Positions 15,949 to 24,667 of a stretch of DNA of 33,176 nucleotides are shown here, one piece after another. Below the pieces are notes generated by a model. It was not told where the DNA came from, searched no databases, and was given only the letters and a program-made list of their open reading frames with translations. The translations under genes were made by a program, and so were the position numbers. The stretch comes from Actinomycetota bacterium (GTDB lineage: Bacteria > Actinomycetota > Humimicrobiia > Humimicrobiales > Humimicrobiaceae): positions 1 through 33,176 of the forward strand of contig VGAU01000001.1 in the NCBI GenBank assembly GCA_016870675.1, written 5' to 3'. The number at the start of each line of letters is the position of its first letter. Position 1 is the first letter of the stretch.

Positions 15949-15985
15949 CTTAAACGTATAAGCATACATACACTTAAACATATAA
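15949..15985. promoter_or_regulatory. 13-bp direct repeat x2 (CTTAAACGTATAA / CTTAAACATATAA, 24-bp period); candidate antitoxin operator
   Basis: Read directly. The copies are 12/13 identical, and copy 1 overlaps the antitoxin SD. Confidence 0.3.
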
Positions 15986-16236
15986 TAACAGATTTACTAT
16001 TATTTTTAAATGATGTTTTAATTATGTGAACGAGTAACAGATCTGCATAAAAATTATTTCAATGTTAAGTAGCAATTAGTTTTGTTACTCATTTGTAAAA
16101 TAATTCTTGAGATACCTGATTCGAAATTGTAATGCTTGGAACTACCAAAATTTCAAACTTTAAAATAATTGATTCTAAAGTATGTCCCTTGATGTTCCTT
16201 ATTTATGTTCATAAATGTTTTTTGTTTTGCTGGTAA

Positions 16237-17316
16237 TTAGTTTCCACTAATATACTTGGCTACCATATCTCCTACCTCTGTTGTGCTGTAGCCCATCTTA
16301 CCGGCACCTAAACTCTTTACCTGGGTGCAGGCATAAGAAACTGCATCTTCAATAGATTTGGCTGCTTCTTTTTCTCCAAGGTGCTTTAACATCATCCTTC
16401 CCGCTTCTATTGCCGCTAGCGGATTTATAACATTCTTTCCGGTATATTTTGGAGCAGAGCCTCCTATGGGTTCAAACATTGAAGTTCCACCGGGATTAAT
16501 ATTTCCTCCTGCTGCAATTCCCATACCACCCTGGATCATCGCTCCGAGATCGGTAATTATATCTCCAAACATATTTGGTATGACCATAACATCAAACCAT
16601 TCAGGATTTTTTATCATCCACATACATGCAGCATCAATATGATTATAATCCGTTTTAATATCGGAAAACTTCTTTGCCATTTCCATAAATGCCCTGTACC
16701 ACAGATCTCCTACATAAGTGAGCACATTTGTTTTATGAACCAGGGTAAGTTTTCCCGGTTTCCCTTCTTCTTTTCTGACCTTTGCCAGATCGAAGGCATA
16801 CTCCAGGCATCTGTCGACCATCTGCCTGTCATAAACCATCACCTGGGTTGCAACTTCATAGGGAGTTCCCTTCCTGGTTACACCACCGTGACCTGTGTAC
16901 AGTCCTCCCGTATTCTCCCTTACAACCACAAAATCTATATCTTCCGGACCTTTGTCCTTCAGAGGACAGTCAACACCGGGATAAAGTTTTACCGGCCTTA
17001 AGTTTATATACTGATCCAGCGAAAATCTCAATTTTAATAAAATGCCAACCTCTAAAACTCCCGGCGGTACATCGGGATGTCCGACAGCGCCAAGATATAT
17101 TACCTTAAATTTTTTAAGCTCGCTAATAGCAGAACCTGGAAGTATCTCTCCTGTCTTTAAATATCTGTCGCCGCCAAAATTATAATCGTTAAATTCAAAA
17201 CTTATGTTATGTTTTTTACCTGCAGCCTCGAGAACCTTTTTGCCCTCCTTTATAACTTCCGGTCCTGTACCGTCCCCAGGTATAACCGCAATAGAATAAT
17301 GCTTTGATCCAGCCAT
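16237..17316 (-). CDS. isopropylmalate/tartrate/D-malate dehydrogenase family enzyme (TtuC-like)
   Basis: Beta-decarboxylating dehydrogenase motifs (IAVIPGDGTGPEV, LGAVGHPDVPPG, VVVRENTGGLYTGHGG, NMFGDIITDLGA, SMFEPIGGSAPKY). I prefer the start at MAGSK, with GGAGG 7 nt upstream. The tracked ORF extends to 17346. Confidence 0.88.
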   Translation of the reverse strand: MAGSKHYSIAVIPGDGTGPEVIKEGKKVLEAAGKKHNISFEFNDYNFGGDRYLKTGEILPGSAISELKKFKVIYLGAVGHPDVPPGVLEVGILLKLRFSLDQYINLRPVKLYPGVDCPLKDKGPEDIDFVVVRENTGGLYTGHGGVTRKGTPYEVATQVMVYDRQMVDRCLEYAFDLAKVRKEEGKPGKLTLVHKTNVLTYVGDLWYRAFMEMAKKFSDIKTDYNHIDAACMWMIKNPEWFDVMVIPNMFGDIITDLGAMIQGGMGIAAGGNINPGGTSMFEPIGGSAPKYTGKNVINPLAAIEAGRMMLKHLGEKEAAKSIEDAVSYACTQVKSLGAGKMGYSTTEVGDMVAKYISGN

Positions 17317-17614
17317 CTTTAAACCTCCACAAAAATAAAATTTCATATAACTATGCCTATATTATATATGAATATTTCTGTTTTTGTCTTTAAATTCTAA
17401 AATAATTAATGTCCATCAGTTAATGCTTTTACAAATACTGCTTTATCCAGTATCTTTTTGAAAGTTAAACAAATTATCTGTTTCCCTTGATTTTTAACAT
17501 TGTAAAATTAAAACATATTACCTAGAATATTTTTAAAATATCAAAAATCAAAATTAAAGTTGTTTAAAGCATTTATGATTTAATTTACACATTAATAATA
17601 TGGAAGGGGAAATT

Positions 17615-18181
17615 ATGAAAAAATCACTTGGAGCTAAAACTATTATTTACCCTACTCCTGTTCTGGTTATTGGAACCTACGACAGTCAGAACAAGCCAAA
17701 TTTAATGACTGTTGCCTGGGGAGGAATTTGCTGTTCTAACCCTCCTTGTGTGGCAATTTCTCTGCGGAAAGCCACTTACACTTATAATAATATAATGGAG
17801 AAAAAAGCCTTTACTGTAAATATACTTTCTGAAGATATGGTAAAAAATGCTGATTATTACGGTATTGTTTCAGGAAGAAATGAAGATAAGTTTACAAAAA
17901 CAAATATTACTCCGGTAAAAAGCGATTTGGTTGACGCTCCCTACGGAAAAGAATTTCCTTTTGTGGTAGAGTGCAAACTATTCAAAAGCCTTGAAATAGG
18001 ACTCCACACCCAGTTCATTGGAGAGATACTTGATGTAAAAGCAGAAGAGTCCATACTTGGCACATCTGGTTTTCCGGATATGGATAAGCTAAAACCATTT
18101 TTCTTTGACCCGGCTGGCAGCTACTATTTCCGTACCGGTAAAAAACTGGGAAAAGGATTCTCTATTGGTAAAGAGATTTGA
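17615..18181 (+). CDS. flavin reductase-like (FMN-binding split-barrel) protein
   Basis: About 188 aa. Family pattern YPTPVVLIGT...NLMTVAWGG...PP.V.ISL. I prefer the ATG at 17615, with GGAAGGGGA 4 nt upstream. An alternative ATG is at 17600. Confidence 0.8.
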   Translation: MKKSLGAKTIIYPTPVLVIGTYDSQNKPNLMTVAWGGICCSNPPCVAISLRKATYTYNNIMEKKAFTVNILSEDMVKNADYYGIVSGRNEDKFTKTNITPVKSDLVDAPYGKEFPFVVECKLFKSLEIGLHTQFIGEILDVKAEESILGTSGFPDMDKLKPFFFDPAGSYYFRTGKKLGKGFSIGKEI

Positions 18182-18406
18182 TTTTTTTCCCGCCCGTTGC
18201 TGGTATTTTAGCAAATTTATTATTCTCTAAATTTAACTAAAGATTTTATACAAAAATATTTTGCAACTTAAATCCGGAAATATCGTTTATAACATATAAA
18301 GTTACTTTAAAAACAAAATTACTTTACATTAGTTTTACAATCTGTCAGAATGGCAGAAATCTTGATTAGAAATATTAGAAGTTAAAAAGAAAAGAAAACA
18401 CTTATA

Positions 18407-19882
18407 ATGAAAATTTTACTTGTCTATCCGGATTACGAAGAAACTTTCTGGAGTTTTAAAAGAGTTTTAAAAATATTAGGTAAAAAGGCTTCATTTCCTC
18501 CCCTTGGACTTTTAACTGTCGGATCAATGCTTCCCGTCAGCTGGGAGAAAAAACTAATTGATATGAATACCGATATGCTAAAAGATGAACATATCAAATG
18601 GGCAGACTACGTTTTTATTAGCGCAATGATTGTGCAAAAAGAATCAGTCAGAAGAATAATAAATAAAGTTAAAAAATTGGGAAAACCCATTGTAGCAGGA
18701 GGACCTCTTTTTACTACAGGCTGGGAAGAATTCACAGATGTAGATCACATTTTTTTAGGAGAAGTAGAAGATACTTTTTCAGAATTTGTTGAAGATTTAA
18801 AAAACGGCACCATCAAGAAAATCTACAGCAGTGACAGATTTCCGGATATTAAAGAAACTGCTATTCCTGACTGGAACTCTATTAATGTTAAAAACTATAA
18901 TACAATGTGTATTCAACTCTCCAGAGGCTGCCCTTTTAACTGCGAATTCTGTGATGTGGTACAGTTGAATGGAAGAGTGCCCAGGACAAAGAGCAAGGAA
19001 CAATTAATTGCTGAACTTGAGGCTCTATACATAAGAGGCTGGCGTGCTGGTGTATTCTTCGTAGATGATAATTTTATTGGAAATAAAGCTTTACTAAAAA
19101 AAGATTACCTTCCCGCAATTATAGAATGGCAGAAAAATAAAAAGTATCCTTTTACATTCAATACACAAGTCTCAATCAACCTGGCTGACGACCAAGAACT
19201 AATGAAATTAATGACACTAGCCGGTTTTACAGCCGTATTTATAGGTATTGAAACACCTGATGCCAGCGGTCTTGAAGAATGCGGTAAGTTCCAAAATAAA
19301 AACAGAAACATGATAGAGTCAGTGAAAATAATTCAAAATACCGGTATGGAAGTTCAGGGTGGCTTTATTATCGGTTTTGATAGTGATAAGGCATCAATTT
19401 TCCAGCGCCAAATTGATTTCATCCAGAAAAGCGGAATTGTCACCGCTATGGTTGGCTTGCTTACTGCATTGCCAAAAACCAGGTTGTATCAGAGACTAAA
19501 AGAAACAAATAGATTAACTAAAATGACAACAGGCGATAATACAAAAACTGCAGTTTTGAATTTCATTCCGAAGATGGATAAAAATATACTTCTAAATGGT
19601 CATAAGAAAGTTGTATCTACAATTTATACTCCTAAATCTTACTACGAGAGAATTAAAACTTTCTTAAGAGAATATAAGCCGACTAAAAAAATAAAGGCTC
19701 CTAAACTCCGCATGTACCATATAAGAGCATTGATTGGTTCAATCTGGTGGCTTGGAATTAAACAAAGAGGAAGACATTATTTCTGGAAATTAATTTTATG
19801 GAGCATTCTTAAACGGCCGTCTCTTTTCCCTTATGCAATTGGTTTCTCTTTAGCAGGAATTCATTTTAGGGCAATATCATAA
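18407..19882 (+). CDS. B12-binding-domain radical SAM protein with a DUF4070-like C-terminal region
   Basis: 491 aa. The N-terminal Rossmann-like segment is typical of cobalamin-binding rSAM enzymes (KILLVYP...PPLGLLTVGSML). The CxxxCxxC cluster motif is SRGCPFNCEFCDV. The long C-terminal extension is rich in basic and aromatic residues. Confidence 0.88.
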   Translation: MKILLVYPDYEETFWSFKRVLKILGKKASFPPLGLLTVGSMLPVSWEKKLIDMNTDMLKDEHIKWADYVFISAMIVQKESVRRIINKVKKLGKPIVAGGPLFTTGWEEFTDVDHIFLGEVEDTFSEFVEDLKNGTIKKIYSSDRFPDIKETAIPDWNSINVKNYNTMCIQLSRGCPFNCEFCDVVQLNGRVPRTKSKEQLIAELEALYIRGWRAGVFFVDDNFIGNKALLKKDYLPAIIEWQKNKKYPFTFNTQVSINLADDQELMKLMTLAGFTAVFIGIETPDASGLEECGKFQNKNRNMIESVKIIQNTGMEVQGGFIIGFDSDKASIFQRQIDFIQKSGIVTAMVGLLTALPKTRLYQRLKETNRLTKMTTGDNTKTAVLNFIPKMDKNILLNGHKKVVSTIYTPKSYYERIKTFLREYKPTKKIKAPKLRMYHIRALIGSIWWLGIKQRGRHYFWKLILWSILKRPSLFPYAIGFSLAGIHFRAIS

Positions 19883-20143
19883 GGGTTTCTGTTGTTACTA
19901 TTTTGTCATAATATCATTAAAAATAATAAAAAAACATGGTACACTTATTACTATTAATTTACTGGTTGTAAATCTTCCCTGTATAATTCTTCAGAGATTC
20001 TACTGAAAATATAGTCCAATCTTTGGTTGATAAATCCTACCTTATCATGGACATATATAATTACCTCTTAACTGTTCATATATAATTGTTTTTGTGATAT
20101 TTTATAACCCAGTATTGATATAGCAATTTTTTACCTTAAAAAA

Positions 20144-20506
20144 ATGGAAAAAAATAAGTTTGAGGAAATAATATTAGATACCCTGAAAAACCTGCCAGAT
20201 AAATTTAAAGATAAAATAAAAAATCTTAGTATCGTCATCGAAGAAAATGATATAAGCGAGGTTTTAGAAAATAATAAAGATGTCCGGACAAAATACACAC
20301 TTGGTCTTTATCAGGGGCTTCCTGCTACCAAACGGGCAGGCAGAATAAATATATTGCCTGATAAAATAACCATTTATAAAAAATCACTGGAAGAAATAAG
20401 CCGCAGTGATAAGGAATTAGAAAAAAACATAAAAAAAGTTATTTTACATGAATTGGGGCATTACTTCGGTCTTGATGAAAAAAAGTTAAGGAGATTAGGC
20501 TACTGA
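20144..20506 (+). CDS. small zincin-like metallopeptidase family protein (DUF1025/Zincin_1-like)
   Basis: 120 aa with a C-terminal HELGHYFGLDE (HExxH...E) motif. Confidence 0.8.
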   Translation: MEKNKFEEIILDTLKNLPDKFKDKIKNLSIVIEENDISEVLENNKDVRTKYTLGLYQGLPATKRAGRINILPDKITIYKKSLEEISRSDKELEKNIKKVILHELGHYFGLDEKKLRRLGY

Positions 20507-20860
20507 TTCTTACTTTTTATAATACTACTTACCGAAATCCTTTAAATGATTTAATGCCGTTTTCTACATCAATATTGTCTAGAGTAATATAAATTTGGCT
20601 ACACTTGATCTGACAAGAAAATTTATTATGAATTTAGACCCATTGAGGTAAGAGTAAAACTATAAAAAAGTAAAGAATTCTATCTCCAAAGTAGGTAATG
20701 GATTTTGGAAGAAATAAAACTTTAATTTAAAAAATTTAAAAATAAAAAATATCTATAAAAAGCTACTAATTTTGGAAAATATTACTTACTAAAACTATAG
20801 ATACATTACTGTGTTTATCCTACCAAATTGGCATATTTTGCGAAGTATTTCTTTTATGTA

Positions 20861-21754
20861 CTACTTTACTGCATTGCTTTTTCCAGGCCGGGCTTTACTT
20901 TCGGCAAATACTATATCTGAATGTTTTACTCCCAGTTCTCTGGTAATCTTTTCACATTTTGCCTTGAGTAAAAAGAAGATATTAGCGCCAGTTTCATCAA
21001 GAGTTTCGAAATTTCCCTGTCCTTTACTGATTATCAGGTCTGCTTTTTTAAATTCTTCTAAAAAAGCATCCGATGAATCACTAATATTTATACCAATATT
21101 GCTATTTCCAGTTTCTATCACTCTTGCCAGGTTATCAAACTCTGCTTCAACTGCATCTTCCAGGGTGGCATCATTAATTATTGGATCTGATTTAACCGTA
21201 AGGACCACCTTTTTATCCAGTTTTACCAATTCTTTTATTAAAACTTTATCAAATACTATCTCTCCTGCATTATCAGTTATATATAAAATATTAATCGAAT
21301 CCTTTAGTGATTCCCTAAACTTATCATAATCATCCACTGCTAGCGGCATGTTTTGTAAATCCTGTATAATTTTATTAAAATCCAATGTATTTACTTTTTT
21401 TATATCTATTCCAAAATCTATTACATTTCCTGCAATTGCAACCTTCGCTGCCATATATAATTTATTTTTTACAGAATCAACCACCTTCTCTAATTTTGGG
21501 TAAATATCTAGAGCTAACCTGTTATATTTTCTTTTTAAATCATAATAAGGATCTTTAATGCCCGTTACCTCTCTAAATACAATGTATCCAATATCTGAGT
21601 TGGCAGCAGGTGACAGGTCGTAATCTATATTCTCTAATTTTTGCAGCAGCTCTGAAACAACCTTTTTACTAAGTTTATTACTACAACCACTAATCTTTAG
21701 CGTATTTATAGTCTGTTTTATAATGCATGGTACACACTCTAAATCTGTTTTCAT
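20861..21754 (-). CDS. DUF89 / ARMT1-like damage-control phosphatase family protein
   Basis: 297 aa. N-terminal CVPC, plus DNAGE and KGQGNFE metal-site motifs typical of DUF89. GAGGAG SD. Confidence 0.85.
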   Translation of the reverse strand: MKTDLECVPCIIKQTINTLKISGCSNKLSKKVVSELLQKLENIDYDLSPAANSDIGYIVFREVTGIKDPYYDLKRKYNRLALDIYPKLEKVVDSVKNKLYMAAKVAIAGNVIDFGIDIKKVNTLDFNKIIQDLQNMPLAVDDYDKFRESLKDSINILYITDNAGEIVFDKVLIKELVKLDKKVVLTVKSDPIINDATLEDAVEAEFDNLARVIETGNSNIGINISDSSDAFLEEFKKADLIISKGQGNFETLDETGANIFFLLKAKCEKITRELGVKHSDIVFAESKARPGKSNAVK

Positions 21755-21835
21755 TAAAACTCCTCACTTTTACCTGGCACAAATTTAGATTATATAGGAA
21801 ATATTTTAAAATTAAATAAGAAAATTTTTTAAATG

Positions 21836-21864
21836 TTGACTTTAATTATAGATATATGTAAACT
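21836..21864 (+). promoter_or_regulatory. candidate promoter TTGACT-17-TAAACT (distal, lon leader)
   Basis: Hexamers at 21836-21841 and 21859-21864, about 225 nt upstream of the lon ATG. Confidence 0.35.
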
Positions 21865-21876
21865 ATTCAAGTAATG

Positions 21877-21893
21877 TTTCACTAAAAGTGAAA
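21877..21893. promoter_or_regulatory. perfect palindrome TTTCACT-AAA-AGTGAAA
   Basis: Read directly, 13 nt downstream of the distal -10 element. It matches no heat-shock operator I know (not CIRCE, CtsR box or HAIR). Confidence 0.3.
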
Positions 21894-21923
21894 ATTAATT
21901 TTACCAAATTACGAAAATTATTT

Positions 21924-21952
21924 TTGTATTTCTGCAAAACTTTTGTTATAAT
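21924..21952 (+). promoter_or_regulatory. candidate promoter TTGTAT-17-TATAAT with extended -10 (TGtTATAAT), proximal to lon
   Basis: Hexamers at 21924-21929 and 21947-21952, with TG at 21944-21945. Confidence 0.35.
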
Positions 21953-22090
21953 TGGAGCGACAAAAAGTTTTTTTATAAAAGGTTATTATAGGAATGTTAG
22001 ATGAATTAATAAAATATAATGTAAAAAAACTTTTTTTTTGATGTAAAATATACATGTAGAGAGATTTAATAAATAAGGGTTGAGAATATA

Positions 22091-24544
22091 ATGGCAGAAG
22101 AAAAAAGATTAGACAAAAATAAAGAAAAAATAAAAATACCGGAAGAGCTTCCTCTTCTATCCTTAAAAAATAGTGTGGTATTCCCCTTTCTAGCAACGCC
22201 GCTGGTTGTGGGTAGAAAAAAGTCTTTGGAAGCTGTTAAAAGTGCATCCAGAGAGCACAAAATCATAGTAGTCGTGGCACAAAAAGAAGAAAATAAAGAA
22301 CAGGTGGAAAAAGATGACCTATATGATGTAGGAACTGCTTGCGCTATAAAGCAAGTAGCTAATATATCAGAGAGTGAGACCAAGTGCATCGTTGAAGGAA
22401 TTTCCCGGGTAAAAATAAAGTATTTTACTCAAACTGAACCTTATTTCAGAGTAGCAACTGAAGTACTTGAAGAAATCCCTTTAATCGAAGATGAGGAAAC
22501 AGAAAATCTTAATACAACTGTTAGAATGCAAGTTGAGAAGTTTATTCAACTGGGTATCCCCCTGCCTACAGCTTTTGTAGTGGCAGCAACCAATATTTCT
22601 AAGCCTGAGGTTCAGACTGATTTATTTGCTTCATATCTGCTTTCAAGTACCAAACAGAAGCAGAAAATCCTTGAAGAAAACAACCTGAAAATAAGGTTAA
22701 AAAAATTAACAGAATACCTTGGTGAAGAACTTAAGAGGTTTGAAGTTCAGTCTCAAATAAGAGATAAAGTTCAAAAAGAAGTAGGAAAAACGCAGAGGGA
22801 ATATTATCTCCGCCAGCAGCTTAAGGCGATTAAGAATGAACTGGGCGAATTTGATGAGTCTATTGCTCTGACCAGGGAATTAGAGAAAAAATTGCAGAAG
22901 AAAAAAATGCCCAAAGAGGCTCATGATAAAGTATTAAAAGAAATAGAAAGGCTGGAAGACATTCCCAGTATGTCTCCGGAACACTCTTATGTGAGGACTT
23001 ATGTAGAGTTGATGCTGGACGTTCCCTGGTCCGAAAAGACCAAAGATGTTATGGATTTAAAAAAATCAAAGAAAATATTGGATGGCGATCATTACAATCT
23101 GGAAAAAGTTAAAACTCATATTCTGGATTATCTGGCTGTAAGAAAATTAAAGGGTAAATCAACCAAAGGCCCGATACTATGTTTTGTTGGACCTCCAGGT
23201 GTTGGAAAGACTTCTCTTGGGCAGTCTATAGCCAAGTCTCTGGGAAGAAAATTTATAAGAATGTCTATTGGTGGTATAAGAGATGAAGCTGAAATCAGAG
23301 GACACCGGAGAACGTATGTAGGAGCGCTTCCAGGCAGGATTATCCAGGGTCTTACGCAAGTCGGAACAAATAATCCGGTATTCATGCTGGACGAGATTGA
23401 TAAGGTAGGTATGGATTATAGAGGCGATCCTTCATCTGCATTACTCGAAGTACTTGATCCGGATCAAAACAATTCATTCAGGGATCATTACCTTGAAGTA
23501 CCATTTGACCTTTCAAATACAATGTTTATCACAACAGCTAATATACTGGACACCATACATCCTGCACTCAGGGACAGAATGGAGACTATTGAAATACCTG
23601 GCTATAGTTCTGAGGAAAAGATTCATATAGCTGAAAAATTCCTGATCCCCAAGCAACTAAAAGAACAGGGAATAGAAAAATATAATGTCAAATTTACTGG
23701 TGAAGCCATCTCTCTAATAATTGAGGAATATACCAGAGAAGCCGGCGTCAGGAATTTAGAGCGGGAGATAGCAAATATCTGTAAAAAAATTGCAAGGGAA
23801 ATAGTTGAAGAAAAAAGATATCCCAGGAATATAACTACTGAAAAAGTAAGGAATTACCTTGGTGTCTCAAAAGTTTTACCAAGTGAAATCGAAGACAAAA
23901 ATAGAGTGGGAGTCGCCACAGGTCTGGCCTATACACCAGTAGGCGGAGATATACTGCTTATTGAATCCACTTATTATGGGGGCAGCGGCGAACTAATACT
24001 CACAGGGAAACTGGGAGATGTAATGCAGGAATCGGCAAAAGCAGCAATAAGTTATATTCATTCAAGAGCAAAAGACTTTGGAATAGAAGATAAGTTATTC
24101 AGTAAATCAGATATACATATTCATGTTCCCGCAGGAGCTGTGCCTAAAGACGGGCCATCGGCAGGCGTGGCTATAACTTCTTCTCTTGTATCTGCATTTA
24201 CAGGAATACCTGTTATAAGAAATGTGGGTATGACAGGAGAAATAACTTTAAGAGGCAGAGTTCTTCCAATTGGTGGACTTAAAGAAAAACTTCTTGCGGC
24301 AAAAAGAGCAGGGCTCAAGAAAGTTGTTCTGCCTGAAAAAAACAGGAAGGATCTCGATGAGGTACCTAAAAACATACTCAAAGGACTAAAGCTGGAATTT
24401 GTGGAAAATATCGACGATGTAATTAAACATACCCTTGAAAGATATCCTTCAAAGCTAGAAAGTCCTGATGACAAAGGTGTAAAAGCTCCTGTTGAAGAGC
24501 CTAAAATAAGACAATCTCAGAGGTTTACTCCTACTATACAGTAG
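22091..24544 (+). CDS. lon: ATP-dependent Lon protease (LonA)
   Basis: 817 aa. LON N-domain, AAA+ Walker A GPPGVGKTS, Walker B FMLDEIDK, and an S16 protease domain with catalytic PKDGPSAG and a downstream Lys. Confidence 0.96.
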   Translation: MAEEKRLDKNKEKIKIPEELPLLSLKNSVVFPFLATPLVVGRKKSLEAVKSASREHKIIVVVAQKEENKEQVEKDDLYDVGTACAIKQVANISESETKCIVEGISRVKIKYFTQTEPYFRVATEVLEEIPLIEDEETENLNTTVRMQVEKFIQLGIPLPTAFVVAATNISKPEVQTDLFASYLLSSTKQKQKILEENNLKIRLKKLTEYLGEELKRFEVQSQIRDKVQKEVGKTQREYYLRQQLKAIKNELGEFDESIALTRELEKKLQKKKMPKEAHDKVLKEIERLEDIPSMSPEHSYVRTYVELMLDVPWSEKTKDVMDLKKSKKILDGDHYNLEKVKTHILDYLAVRKLKGKSTKGPILCFVGPPGVGKTSLGQSIAKSLGRKFIRMSIGGIRDEAEIRGHRRTYVGALPGRIIQGLTQVGTNNPVFMLDEIDKVGMDYRGDPSSALLEVLDPDQNNSFRDHYLEVPFDLSNTMFITTANILDTIHPALRDRMETIEIPGYSSEEKIHIAEKFLIPKQLKEQGIEKYNVKFTGEAISLIIEEYTREAGVRNLEREIANICKKIAREIVEEKRYPRNITTEKVRNYLGVSKVLPSEIEDKNRVGVATGLAYTPVGGDILLIESTYYGGSGELILTGKLGDVMQESAKAAISYIHSRAKDFGIEDKLFSKSDIHIHVPAGAVPKDGPSAGVAITSSLVSAFTGIPVIRNVGMTGEITLRGRVLPIGGLKEKLLAAKRAGLKKVVLPEKNRKDLDEVPKNILKGLKLEFVENIDDVIKHTLERYPSKLESPDDKGVKAPVEEPKIRQSQRFTPTIQ

Positions 24545-24667
24545 GTTATTTTTTAATAAAGCTCTCCCTGCAGGATGTCAGCTACCTCTTTTTCTCCATA
24601 CTTTCCCAAAATCAGTACCGCCTGCTGCTTCCGCCCCTGGAAAGGACATTCCAGATAATCTATCTGA

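Noticed and set aside
15938-16236. An att-like direct repeat of the tRNA-Glu 3' end that would delimit an integrated island.
   Set aside because: The best by-eye candidate (AAGTATGTCCCTTGATG near 16180) is a poor match to the tRNA 3' segment, and no integrase is present.
18182-20143. RiPP precursor peptides flanking the B12-radical SAM gene.
   Set aside because: I found only trivial 11-codon ORFs without an SD (for example MAEILIRNIRS and MVHLLLLIYWL). There is no leader/core-like peptide, no RRE-domain protein, and no protease or transporter.
21755-22090. CIRCE, CtsR-box or HAIR heat-shock operators upstream of lon.
   Set aside because: None of these consensus sequences is present. Only the unrelated palindrome reported in the findings was seen.
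22091-24544. Lon as a BrxL-like or other defence-associated Lon-type protease.
   Set aside because: It has the full canonical LonA architecture and motifs. It is flanked by housekeeping genes, with no methyltransferase, PglZ or other defence partners.
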